Assembly (NCBI GenBank): GCA_965206595.1
Contig: OZ242214.1
Coordinates: 5,886,675 to 5,950,674, forward strand
Source: Candidatus Latescibacterota bacterium
Lineage (GTDB): Bacteria; Latescibacterota; UBA2968; UBA8231
Length of the DNA: 64,000 nt
Direction of reading: 5' to 3'
Part shown: positions 9,629 to 18,730 of the stretch, in pieces
Numbering within the stretch: position 1 is the stretch's first letter
Layout of the letters: each line of letters starts with the position of its first letter
The notes under the pieces: generated by a model
Databases searched by the model: none
What the model was told of the DNA's origin: nothing
Seen by the model: only the letters and a program-made list of their open reading frames with translations
Program-made: the position numbers and the translations under genes

Positions 9629-10774
9629 ATGAAATGGACACCTCGAACTCTTGATGAACTTGGCTACGTTAGCCGGGGCAGGTCTCGGCACAGGCCAAGG
9701 GATGCCGCCCACCTTTACGGCGGCCCTTACCCTTTCATCCAGACAGGGGATATAAAACACGCAAGTCTCTATGTAAATAGTTACTCGCAGACCTACACGG
9801 AGGCCGGACTTGCCCAGAGTCGTCTCTGGAAAGCGGGAACACTATGCATAACGATTGCCGCAAATATTGCGGACACGGCGATTCTCGCCATTGATGCCTG
9901 CTTTCCAGACAGCGTTATCGGCTTCATCCCCGACAATGAGAAAGCCGATGCCCGTTTTCTCAAATACCTGTTTGATGCGACGATTCAGAAACGAATCAAG
10001 CAGTTCACTCAAGGCGCCACGCAGGACAACCTTAGCCAAACCAAGCTCCTGTCACTCCAATTCCCCATTCCAGACGTGGCGGAACAACTCCGTATTGCCG
10101 ACCTCCTGTCAGCCTACGACGACTTGATGGAGAAGAACCGGCGCCGGATTCAGTTGCTGGAGCACGCTGCGCGACTGCTCTACAAGGAGTGGTTTGTCCA
10201 TCTTCGCTTCCCTGGAAATGAGAACGTCAAGATCAAGGACGGTGTGCCGGAGGGATGGGAGAGGAAGACGTTGGGCGATTTAGTAGAGGTGACAAAGGGA
10301 AGGAACATTACCAAAAATTCAGCTAAGGATGGCTCTGTGCCCGTTGTTGCTGGGGGCTTATCTCCAGCCTATTATCACGATACGGCCAATGCGGTTGGAC
10401 CAGCCATCACTATTAGTGCATCTGGAGCCAACGCCGGATACGTGAACCTCTACTACGAGGACATTTGGGCATCTGACTGCTCTTATATCAGTACTACATC
10501 AACGGATCGTCTGTATTACCTTTACTTACTCCTCAAGTCGAAACAGAGGGAGATCTTGGGATTCCAGAAGGGCGCAGCACAGCCTCACGTTTACCCAAAG
10601 GACTTGAAAAGGTTGCCGTTGTTGGCTCCAAAGAATATCGTCGTGAATATGTTTGAAGAATCAGTAGTGGCAGACAATTTTCATCAAAAGGTCTTGGTCG
10701 AACAAAACAAACTACTGGTGCAAGCCCGAGACCTGCTTCTGCCGCGTTTGATGAGTAGAAAGGTGGCGGTATGA
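9629..10774 (+). CDS. hsdS: Type I R-M specificity subunit HsdS (two target-recognition domains)
   Basis: 381 aa; conserved central and C-terminal HsdS helices (…LAEQLRIADLLSAYDDLMEKNRRRIQLLE…, …LVEQNKLLVQARDLLLPRLMS…); GC drops to ~50%. Confidence 0.85.
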   Translation: MKWTPRTLDELGYVSRGRSRHRPRDAAHLYGGPYPFIQTGDIKHASLYVNSYSQTYTEAGLAQSRLWKAGTLCITIAANIADTAILAIDACFPDSVIGFIPDNEKADARFLKYLFDATIQKRIKQFTQGATQDNLSQTKLLSLQFPIPDVAEQLRIADLLSAYDDLMEKNRRRIQLLEHAARLLYKEWFVHLRFPGNENVKIKDGVPEGWERKTLGDLVEVTKGRNITKNSAKDGSVPVVAGGLSPAYYHDTANAVGPAITISASGANAGYVNLYYEDIWASDCSYISTTSTDRLYYLYLLLKSKQREILGFQKGAAQPHVYPKDLKRLPLLAPKNIVVNMFEESVVADNFHQKVLVEQNKLLVQARDLLLPRLMSRKVAV

Positions 10775-11544
10775 GCGTATCCTACCCAACCAAACTTCGC
10801 CTAGCTTATCGAAGCGGGGACAGATGCGCCCTTCCCGGTTGTGGGCAGCAATTATCGCCAACGGGCGAAGGCGGCATTCCTAGCAATGTGGGAGAGTACG
10901 CACATATCGCCGGAGAACATAGCGGTAGAGTACGGGGCCATCGGTCCGCTCGCTACGATCCAAATATGACTGAAGAGGAGAGGAACGGCTACCACAACCT
11001 GATTTATTTATGTGCGAACTGCCACAGAAGAATAGACGCTATTCCACAGGGAGAACCAGACTATCCTGTGGAACGTCTCCAGGAGATCAAAGCCGAGCAT
11101 GAGCTAAGGGTTAGCGAGGCAATGGCTGAGGCATTCGCAGATGTCGGCTTCCCTGAACTAGAAGAAGCCACTCTATGGATCATGCAACTTATTCCTCAAC
11201 AACCGGATAGTGACTTCACGGTAATTGCACCCGAAGACAAACTAAAGAAGAACGAATTAGGAAACGCCTCTCGAAATATCATCACAATGGGCCTCAGTGT
11301 TTCGCGGGAGGTTCGAGCATTTATTGAAAATACAGCACAGGAAGATCATAATTTTCCAGAACGTCTGAAGTCAGGATTTCTTGAGGAGTACTACCGACTG
11401 AAGAAAGAGGGGCATTCAGGGGATGATCTTTTCGACTTGATGTGTCGATTTGCACAAAGAGGCTTCACAGAGGAAACAAAGAGGTCTGCTGGGAAGGCAG
11501 TGATGATTTACCTATTTGAGACTTGTGAGGTGTTTGAGAAATGA
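10771..11544 (+). CDS. HNH-nuclease effector protein (N-terminal HNH, C-terminal alpha-helical domain), 257 aa
   Basis: HNH motif C-x2-C … H … N … C-x2-CH (…CALPGCGQ…EYAHIAGEH…NLIYLCANCHRRID…); start overlaps the hsdS stop (ATGA); AT-rich. Confidence 0.7.
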   Translation: MSVSYPTKLRLAYRSGDRCALPGCGQQLSPTGEGGIPSNVGEYAHIAGEHSGRVRGHRSARYDPNMTEEERNGYHNLIYLCANCHRRIDAIPQGEPDYPVERLQEIKAEHELRVSEAMAEAFADVGFPELEEATLWIMQLIPQQPDSDFTVIAPEDKLKKNELGNASRNIITMGLSVSREVRAFIENTAQEDHNFPERLKSGFLEEYYRLKKEGHSGDDLFDLMCRFAQRGFTEETKRSAGKAVMIYLFETCEVFEK

Positions 11545-11768
11545 TTCTTCCGTCGAAGCACATTTCCCAAGACCAATCACTGATCGGCGTCGGTGCTATT
11601 CTACTAAAGAAGATTGGTAGGCCCCAGACCGTAACCAGCCTTTGGGAGACCGTCCGCGAGGAAGATGCGATAGGTACGTTTGAACGGTTTGTACTAGCGC
11701 TTGACATGCTTCACATCGCCGGAGCTGTAGCCTTGGAAAATGGCCTGATCGTAAAGGTGAAAAAATGA
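11541..11768 (+). CDS. Small helical protein (75 aa), candidate 'middle component'
   Basis: ATGA overlaps with both neighbours; no recognisable motif. Confidence 0.5.
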   Translation: MILPSKHISQDQSLIGVGAILLKKIGRPQTVTSLWETVREEDAIGTFERFVLALDMLHIAGAVALENGLIVKVKK

Positions 11769-13525
11769 TCCATAGTATTACCGCTAACCACTCCTCATTC
11801 AATCCCGTCGAATTCACGTCGGGCTTGAACGTGATCTTAGCAGATCGCACTGAAACTTCGACACAAAAAGACACACGAAATGGTCTTGGTAAGTCTACAC
11901 TAATTGAAATTATCCACTTCTGCCTAGGCTCCAACGTTCAAAAAGGTCAAGGGCTTTCAATAGAGCCACTACGGGATTGGGAGTTCACCTTGGAGATTAC
12001 ACTCGCGGGTAACCGTGTGAAAGTAACTCGCGCCGTTGCTAGATCTAATATTTTTGTCATAGATGGCACGACGACTGGTTGGATTGATCAACCTGATTGT
12101 GAGGATATGTTTGGAAAGAAACCAATCAGATTAAAATTGGATCAATGGAGGGCACTCTTGGGGAGGGCACTATTTGGGTTATCGCCATCTGACGAACCCC
12201 ATAGTTACACGCCGTCTTTTCGGAGTCTGCTTTCTTATTTTATAAGATTGGGGAATGACGCTTATGATGATCCCTTCCGAAATACGCGACAGCAGCAACC
12301 GTGGAACGTTCAGCTCCATGTCGGATTTCTTCTTGGCTTGAACTGGGAGAACGCGGCGAGATGGCAGGAGCTTAAGGACCAGGAGAAAGGCGTGAAGGCA
12401 TTTAGTCAAGCAATCAAGTCTGGTGTCACGGAATATGCACGGGGTTCGGTTGGCGAATTGGAGGCTGAGCGTGTTCAGTTGGAAAGTCAATTAGAGCAGG
12501 AGTCCCATGCACTACAAAATTTCAAGGTTCACCCTCAATATGAGTCTATTCAGCAAGAAGCGGACCGGGCCACAGCGATCATTCACAACTTAACTAATGA
12601 TAACGTCGTTGGTCGCAGACGATTGGCACGCTATAGGGAATCTGTTGCAGCGGAAAAGCCCCCATCGGATACCGCAATCGATGAACTGTATAAGGAGGCA
12701 GGCGTTGTTTTTTTTGAAGCGACTCGTCGCACTCTAACGGAAGCGAAGGAATTTCATTCTAAGATCGTGGAGAACAGGCGAGCTTTCCTTGAGATGGAAA
12801 TCGTACGCTTGGAACGACAAATTGAGAATAGAAACAATGACATCAGAAAATGGACCGACACCAGGGCTACTTCGCTGGAAATCCTAAGAACACATGGTGC
12901 TCTACAAGAGCTGACCAAGCTACAAGAGCGCCATGCAGGTACGCGAGAAAGACTGGAAAGTACACGTACGCGAATTTCAGAAATTAGGAATTTGACGGCG
13001 CAGAAGCGTAAGGTTCTAGTTGAGAAGACCGAACTAGCTCAGATTACCGAGCGGGATCACGAGCAACGCCGAGACGTTTGGAACACTCCAGTACGTTTCT
13101 TCAACGACAATTCTCAAGCTTTATACCAAACACCTGGACACTTGGTGATTGACATCGGTAGAGCCGGTTTCAAATACGATGTCGAGATAAACAGGAGCGG
13201 CAGTGAAGGCGTCAATAAGATGAAAATATTTTGCTTCGATTTGATGCTCGTGCAGCTCACGCCGATACGGAACAATCCAATTGATTTTCTGATTCATGAC
13301 AGTGGTCTTTACGATGGCGTTGACTCTAGGCAGCGGGCCCTTGCGCTTGAGCGCGCATGTGAAGTGTCCGAGGCAACCGATACACAATATATTTGCACAC
13401 TTAATTCTGATATGGTTCCGCGAGATGACTTCAGTCCCGGATTTTACTTCGATAAATATGTCAGACTGACGCTTACTGACAAGAATCCCTCCGGCAGTCT
13501 TCTTGGCTTTCAGTTCGAGATGTAA
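11765..13525 (+). CDS. ABC/SMC-like ATPase with a central coiled coil (586 aa)
   Basis: N-terminal Walker A NGLGKSTLIEII; ~200-aa coiled-coil insert; C-terminal signature-like SGSEG, Walker B IDFLIHDSG and D-loop LYDGVD, as in Rad50/SMC/ABC-3C-type ATPases. Confidence 0.75.
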   Translation: MIHSITANHSSFNPVEFTSGLNVILADRTETSTQKDTRNGLGKSTLIEIIHFCLGSNVQKGQGLSIEPLRDWEFTLEITLAGNRVKVTRAVARSNIFVIDGTTTGWIDQPDCEDMFGKKPIRLKLDQWRALLGRALFGLSPSDEPHSYTPSFRSLLSYFIRLGNDAYDDPFRNTRQQQPWNVQLHVGFLLGLNWENAARWQELKDQEKGVKAFSQAIKSGVTEYARGSVGELEAERVQLESQLEQESHALQNFKVHPQYESIQQEADRATAIIHNLTNDNVVGRRRLARYRESVAAEKPPSDTAIDELYKEAGVVFFEATRRTLTEAKEFHSKIVENRRAFLEMEIVRLERQIENRNNDIRKWTDTRATSLEILRTHGALQELTKLQERHAGTRERLESTRTRISEIRNLTAQKRKVLVEKTELAQITERDHEQRRDVWNTPVRFFNDNSQALYQTPGHLVIDIGRAGFKYDVEINRSGSEGVNKMKIFCFDLMLVQLTPIRNNPIDFLIHDSGLYDGVDSRQRALALERACEVSEATDTQYICTLNSDMVPRDDFSPGFYFDKYVRLTLTDKNPSGSLLGFQFEM

Positions 13526-13665
13526 AGTGAAGGGTAGATTTACAGTCTCTGGTCTCATAGACGCAATGGTCAATGGAAAGGGTATCTCCAGATTGACCTT
13601 TTCCCATCTGAAGATCAGGAGGCCAGGGTCAACCTTGATGAAATGAGAAAACAAGGAGGTGACCC

Positions 13666-14562
13666 GTGAACATACGCGAGTACCACCAACTCCAGGCGGA
13701 ACGGACCACCCTGGATGATTTGCTCGAGCGGCTACCCCCGGAAAATGTGATCGAACGAACCGGTCTGGAATTCCGGAAGAAGGAGGTGGATGAAGCACTC
13801 GCTTCGCGTCCGGAGCCCTCCAGAAACCCCACCCGGGTGTGTCTGACCTTTCGCGGAAAACCCATCGCAGGATCCCATGGGATTTTCGCGGATTTCGGGG
13901 CGGAGGCCGTTCAGGCATTTACGAATATGGTTGCCACCATGGGCGCCAGCCAACATGCACCGCTCGGGTCGCGTGGTGCGATACCCAACCGTGAGGAGTA
14001 CCGCCTGCTGATTACCGGCACGGCATCAGGATCGTTCGGTTTCGAGCTGGAAGAGGCCAGGTATGACCTCTTTCCCGAATCTTCTCCGGTCGAGTCCGCA
14101 ATTGTCCAAACAATGACAATTCTTGAGGCTACGGTTGGAGCAGACGAAGTATTGGCGAATGCCGTTTCCGAAGCCGACCCGCGAGCGCTTGAGGCGCTGC
14201 GTGGGTTCTTGGAAACGATGGCGGATCAAGACGCGGTGTGCACGGTTGAATTCAACGACGATGTTTTCCGGTTTGTGGACGTTGGCCAGGTCCGACGAAG
14301 CGAAAGCCGCCTGAGTCCGGAGAACATTCATGAAGAAGTGCGGGAAATCACAGGGCGCATTATTGGGGTATTGCCCTTCCGTCGTACGTTCGAATTTCTG
14401 GAAGATGAAACAGGAGAATTGATCTCGGGCCGGATCGATCGCGCTATCGAAGATGCTGCGGAAATTGATCAGTTTCTCAACAGATCCTTGAAGATCCGCG
14501 TGGATTCCAAACAGGTAGGAACAGCAAGGCCTCGTTACGTCCTTTTGGAATACGACATATAA
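13666..14562 (+). CDS. Hypothetical acidic protein (298 aa), no recognisable domain
   Basis: GTG start 8 nt after AGGAGG; lies between the ATPase gene and hsdR; intermediate GC (~57%). Confidence 0.55.
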   Translation: MNIREYHQLQAERTTLDDLLERLPPENVIERTGLEFRKKEVDEALASRPEPSRNPTRVCLTFRGKPIAGSHGIFADFGAEAVQAFTNMVATMGASQHAPLGSRGAIPNREEYRLLITGTASGSFGFELEEARYDLFPESSPVESAIVQTMTILEATVGADEVLANAVSEADPRALEALRGFLETMADQDAVCTVEFNDDVFRFVDVGQVRRSESRLSPENIHEEVREITGRIIGVLPFRRTFEFLEDETGELISGRIDRAIEDAAEIDQFLNRSLKIRVDSKQVGTARPRYVLLEYDI

Positions 14563-14598
14563 CGGCATTTGATCCTTGGATCCCCCAAGCATAGGGCT

Positions 14599-17500
14599 AT
14601 GACCCCGACTCCCTATACCGAGGACAGCCTCGTCCAGCAGACCACCGCCAACTACCTGGAGCAACGCCTGGGCTGGGAGTCAATCTACGCCTACAACCAC
14701 GAGGACTCCGGTCCCGGCAGCCTGCTCGGCCGCGCCTCCGGCCGCGAGGTAGTGCTGGAGCGGACGCTTCGCGCGAACCTCGCGGAGCTGAATCCGGGCC
14801 TGCCCGCATCCGCATACGACGACGCGGTGCGGCAGATCACCGCTGTCTCCGCCTCCCAGACCCTCGTCGCCGCCAACCGTGAGAAGTACAAGCTGGTACG
14901 GGACGGCCTGCAGGTGGTCTTCACCAACGACCGGGGCAAGCGGAAGACACGCCTCCTGCGGCTGTTCGACTTCGCCGAGCCGGCCAACAATCATTTCCTG
15001 TGCGTGCGCGAGCTGTGGGTGCAGGGGGATCTCTACCGCCGCCGCGCCGACATCGTCGGCTTCGTCAACGGCCTGCCGTTGCTGTTCATCGAGTGCAAGA
15101 ACATCCACCGCGACCTCAAGGCCGCCTTCGAGGGGAACTACTCCGACTACCGCGACACCATTCCCCACCTCTTCCACCACAACGCAGTGGTGATGTTCGC
15201 CAACGGCGAGAAGGCGAACATCGGCTCCATCACCAGCCGCTGGGAACACTTCTACGAGTGGAAGCGCCTGGCCGAGGAGGAGCCGGGTGTGGTCGACATG
15301 GAGACGCTGCTCAAGGGGGTCTGCGACAAGCGCAACTTCATGGACTTGGTGGAGAACTTCATCCTCTTCGACGATTCGACGGGAGAGACGCGGAAGATTC
15401 TGGCCCGCAACCACCAGTTCCTCGGCGTGAACCGGGCCGTCGAGGCGGTGCGCGACCGCGAGAAGCGGCAGGGCCGGCTCGGCGTCTTCTGGCATACCCA
15501 GGGAGCGGGCAAGAGCTACTCGATGGTGATGTTCACCCGCAAGGTTCATCGCAAGCTGGGGGGCAACTTCACCTTCCTGGTGCTGACCGACCGGGACGAT
15601 CTCGACCGCCAGATCTACAAGACCTTCGCCGGCTGCGGCGTGGTGGATCACGATCGCGACCCCTGCCGGGCCGCGGACGGAAAGCACCTCGGCCGGTTGA
15701 TGGCCGAGCACAAGTCCCACGTCTTCTCGCTGATCCAGAAGTTCAACCTGGACCCGGGCGCCGGCTACACGATGCGCGGGGACATCATAGTCATCAGCGA
15801 CGAGGCGCACCGCACCCAGTACGGCACCCTGGCGCTCAACATGCGCAACGCCCTGCCAAACGCCGGCTACATCGGCTTTACGGGCACGCCGCTGTTCACC
15901 GAAGATGAGATCACCCGTCGCGTCTTCGGCGAGTACGTCTCGACCTACGACTTCCAGCGCGCGGTGGAGGACGAGGCCACGGTGCCGCTCTACTACGACG
16001 CCCGCGGCGACAAGCTGGGCGTTGCCATCGGCGACCTGAACGAGCGCATCGCCGACAAGCTGGATGAGTTCGACATCGAGGACGTCGACGTGGAGCAGCG
16101 CCTGGAGCAAGACCTGAAGCGGGACTATCACGTCGTCACCGCGGGCAGGCGTCTCGACCAGGTAGCGCGGGACTTCGTGCAGCACTATTCCGCGGCCTGG
16201 GAGACCGGAAAGGCGATCCTGGTCTGTATCGACAAGATCACCTGCGTGCGCATGCATGGGCTGATCGAGCGCTATTGGAACGAGCGCATCGAGGAACTGG
16301 AGGAGGAGAAGAAGTGGACTGACGACGAGCAGGAGGAGATTTATCTCCAGCGGCAGATCGAGTGGACGCGGGAGACCCGCATGGCCGTGGTGGTGAGCGA
16401 GGATCAGGGGGAGGTGGCGAAGTTCCGCAAGTGGGAGCTGGACATCACCCCGCACCGGAAGCTCATCAAGAATGGTATGGAACTGCCCGAGTCGATGCGC
16501 CGCAAGCCGCAGTTCCGCCGCAAGCAGCGGATGGCGGTCGACGAAGCCTTCAAGGCGGAGGAGCATCCGTTTCGCATCGCCATCGTTTGCGCCATGTGGC
16601 TGACCGGTTTCGACGTGCCGAGCCTTTCCACGCTCTACCTCGACAAACCGCTCAAAGCCCACACCCTTATGCAGGCCATCGCCCGCGCAAACCGGGTCAA
16701 CGAGGGCAAGAACAACGGCCTGATCGTCGACTACTGCGGCATCCTCAGGCACCTGCGCAAGGCCCTGGCGACCTTTGCCGGTACCGCCGACGGAGGAGGA
16801 GGTGGTGGCGGTCCCGGTCAAGAGATTGATCCTGTGCAACCGGGAAAGGAGCTGCTCGCTGGCCTCGCCGAAGCGATTGCCATGGTGCGCGCTTTCCTCG
16901 AAGAACGCCGTGCGCCGCTCGACGATGTCATCCATAAGACCGGCTTCGAGCGCAACGCCGCCATCGTGGCCTGCAAGGAAGCGGCCAACGAGAACGACGA
17001 GACCCGCAAGCGCTTCGAAGTGATCTGCCGCGAGGTTTTCAGGAAGTTCAAGGCCTGCATCAACCTGCGGGGCGTCAACGCCTACCGGGGGGATCGCGCC
17101 GCCATCGACGCCGTCTACCGGAGCCTCCAGCAGGACCGCGAGCAGGCCGACATCACCGACATCATCCGCGCCCTGCACGGAGTGGTGGACGAGGCCATCG
17201 ACCTGCGGCAGGAACGCACTAGGGATAGTCATCGGGATCCGTTGGACATCAGCCGGATCGACTTCGACCGGCTCAAGCGGGAGTTCGAGGGCAGCCCCGC
17301 CAAGCGGACGACAGTGCAGTCCCTCAAGGAGGCAGTGGAGGAGAGGCTCCGGCGCCTTTTGGCCCGCAACCCGCTACGGACCGACTTCCAAAGACATTTC
17401 GAGGAGATAGTCAGAGAGTACAACCGGGAGAAGGAGCGGGTGACCATCGAGCATACCTTCGAGGCATTGCTCAACCTCGTGAAGGAGCTGGATGAGGAGG

Positions 17501-17853
17501 AAAAGCGGGCCTTGAACATGGGATTGAACGAGGAATCGCTGGCGATCTACGATCTTCTGCAGAAACCGGATCTCGGGGCGCGTGACATCAACCGCATCAA
17601 AATGGTCTCCATTGAGCTGCTGCGAACGTTGAAAGAGGGGAAGCTCCGCGTCGAACAATGGCGCGAAAAGGAGGCGACCCGGGCCGCGGTCAAGGGAGAG
17701 ATCCAGGACTTCCTGTGGAGCGACGTAACCGGGCTGCCGCCCGACAGCTACACGGATGACGATGTGCAGGTGAGGGTGGACGGCGTTTTCGGCCACGTAT
17801 ACCGGGCCTACCCTACGGTGCCATCACCTTTCTACATGAGCGACGCCGCGTGA
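14599..17853 (+). CDS. hsdR: Type I R-M restriction subunit HsdR (helicase/nuclease), ~1084 aa
   Basis: N-terminal …EDSLVQQTTANYLEQRLGWES…; DEAH box (IVISDEAHRTQYG); helicase motifs; start placed at the internal Met. Confidence 0.9.
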   Translation: MTPTPYTEDSLVQQTTANYLEQRLGWESIYAYNHEDSGPGSLLGRASGREVVLERTLRANLAELNPGLPASAYDDAVRQITAVSASQTLVAANREKYKLVRDGLQVVFTNDRGKRKTRLLRLFDFAEPANNHFLCVRELWVQGDLYRRRADIVGFVNGLPLLFIECKNIHRDLKAAFEGNYSDYRDTIPHLFHHNAVVMFANGEKANIGSITSRWEHFYEWKRLAEEEPGVVDMETLLKGVCDKRNFMDLVENFILFDDSTGETRKILARNHQFLGVNRAVEAVRDREKRQGRLGVFWHTQGAGKSYSMVMFTRKVHRKLGGNFTFLVLTDRDDLDRQIYKTFAGCGVVDHDRDPCRAADGKHLGRLMAEHKSHVFSLIQKFNLDPGAGYTMRGDIIVISDEAHRTQYGTLALNMRNALPNAGYIGFTGTPLFTEDEITRRVFGEYVSTYDFQRAVEDEATVPLYYDARGDKLGVAIGDLNERIADKLDEFDIEDVDVEQRLEQDLKRDYHVVTAGRRLDQVARDFVQHYSAAWETGKAILVCIDKITCVRMHGLIERYWNERIEELEEEKKWTDDEQEEIYLQRQIEWTRETRMAVVVSEDQGEVAKFRKWELDITPHRKLIKNGMELPESMRRKPQFRRKQRMAVDEAFKAEEHPFRIAIVCAMWLTGFDVPSLSTLYLDKPLKAHTLMQAIARANRVNEGKNNGLIVDYCGILRHLRKALATFAGTADGGGGGGGPGQEIDPVQPGKELLAGLAEAIAMVRAFLEERRAPLDDVIHKTGFERNAAIVACKEAANENDETRKRFEVICREVFRKFKACINLRGVNAYRGDRAAIDAVYRSLQQDREQADITDIIRALHGVVDEAIDLRQERTRDSHRDPLDISRIDFDRLKREFEGSPAKRTTVQSLKEAVEERLRRLLARNPLRTDFQRHFEEIVREYNREKERVTIEHTFEALLNLVKELDEEEKRALNMGLNEESLAIYDLLQKPDLGARDINRIKMVSIELLRTLKEGKLRVEQWREKEATRAAVKGEIQDFLWSDVTGLPPDSYTDDDVQVRVDGVFGHVYRAYPTVPSPFYMSDAA

Positions 17854-18031
17854 ACTTCCGCGGCCCGCAACAGGCCCTGGCCGGGGTTGATTTTTCGCGG
17901 CTCGCGGCCAAAGTTCCCCACATGGCCGCGGCGCGGACTGGCCGGCCGATACCTGCCCAGCAGCGCCGGGCTCAAACCGCGGACCGGGAAGCGCCCGTAG
18001 CTCGTTCCGCCATAGCGGCAGGGGATTCGAA

Positions 18032-18499
18032 ATGACTGAAAAAGCGATGTTCGGTGCCGGCTGTTTCTGGGGGGTGGAGGCCGCCTTCCTCGAGGTTCCC
18101 GGGGTCGTCGACGTCGCCTCCGGCTATTCCGGTGGCCGCACCGACAACCCGACCTACCGGCAGGTGTGCAGCGACACCACCGGCCATGCCGAGGTGGTCG
18201 AGATCGACTTCGATCCCGAGAAGGTCTCCTACGAGCGGCTCGTCGAGATCTTCTTCGACATCCACGATCCCACCACCCTGAACAGGCAGGGGCCGGACTT
18301 CGGCTCGCAGTACCGCTCCGCCATCTACTACCACACCGCGGAGCAGCGGGACGCGGCGGTGCGGGTCAAGGAGGAACGGGAGGCATCCGGCCGGCACGGC
18401 CGCCCCATCGTCACCGAGGTGACCGCGGCAGGTCCCTTCTACCGCGCCGAGGAGTACCACCAGCGCTACTTCCAGCGGCGCGGCATCGCCCACCATTAG
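18032..18499 (+). CDS. msrA: Peptide methionine sulfoxide reductase MsrA
   Basis: GCFWGVE active-site motif; 155 aa. Confidence 0.9.
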   Translation: MTEKAMFGAGCFWGVEAAFLEVPGVVDVASGYSGGRTDNPTYRQVCSDTTGHAEVVEIDFDPEKVSYERLVEIFFDIHDPTTLNRQGPDFGSQYRSAIYYHTAEQRDAAVRVKEEREASGRHGRPIVTEVTAAGPFYRAEEYHQRYFQRRGIAHH

Positions 18500-18540
18500 A
18501 TCCATCGCATCAGAAGCATCATTCCCCAGATCGGAGCGGC

Positions 18541-18730
18541 AGTGAACGACAATTCCAGGGCGCTGTGCGAACGGGCGACCCAGCTCATTCCCGGCGGCGT
18601 CAACAGCCCGGTGGGCGCTTTCAAGGCGGAGGGAAAGTGAACGACAACTCCAGGGCGCTGTACGCACGCGCGACGAAGTTCATCCCGGGCGGCGTCAACA
18701 GCCCGGTGCGGGCCTTCAAGGCGGTCGGCG
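18541..18730 (+). repeat. ~95-bp imperfect tandem duplication covering the hemL start region
   Basis: Unit 18541-18635 vs 18636-18730, seen directly. Confidence 0.85.
18542..18640 (+). other. 32-codon upstream ORF formed by a tandem duplicate of the hemL 5' end; its stop overlaps the hemL GTG start (GTGA)
   Basis: GTG 18542 … VNDNSRALCERATQLIPGGVNSPVGAFKAEGK* ; ~85% nt identity to 18637..18730. Confidence 0.4.

Noticed and set aside
13121-13918. 265-aa minus-strand ORF spanning the ATPase gene end and the 298-aa gene start
   Set aside because: Antisense to two better-supported genes; no motif.
17854-18031. Island right boundary searched for a tRNA/tmRNA or attachment site
   Set aside because: No tRNA-like cloverleaf or direct repeats found.
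18166-18636. 157-codon N-terminal extension of the hemL ORF
   Set aside because: Overlaps msrA in another frame; hemL homology begins at GTG 18637.
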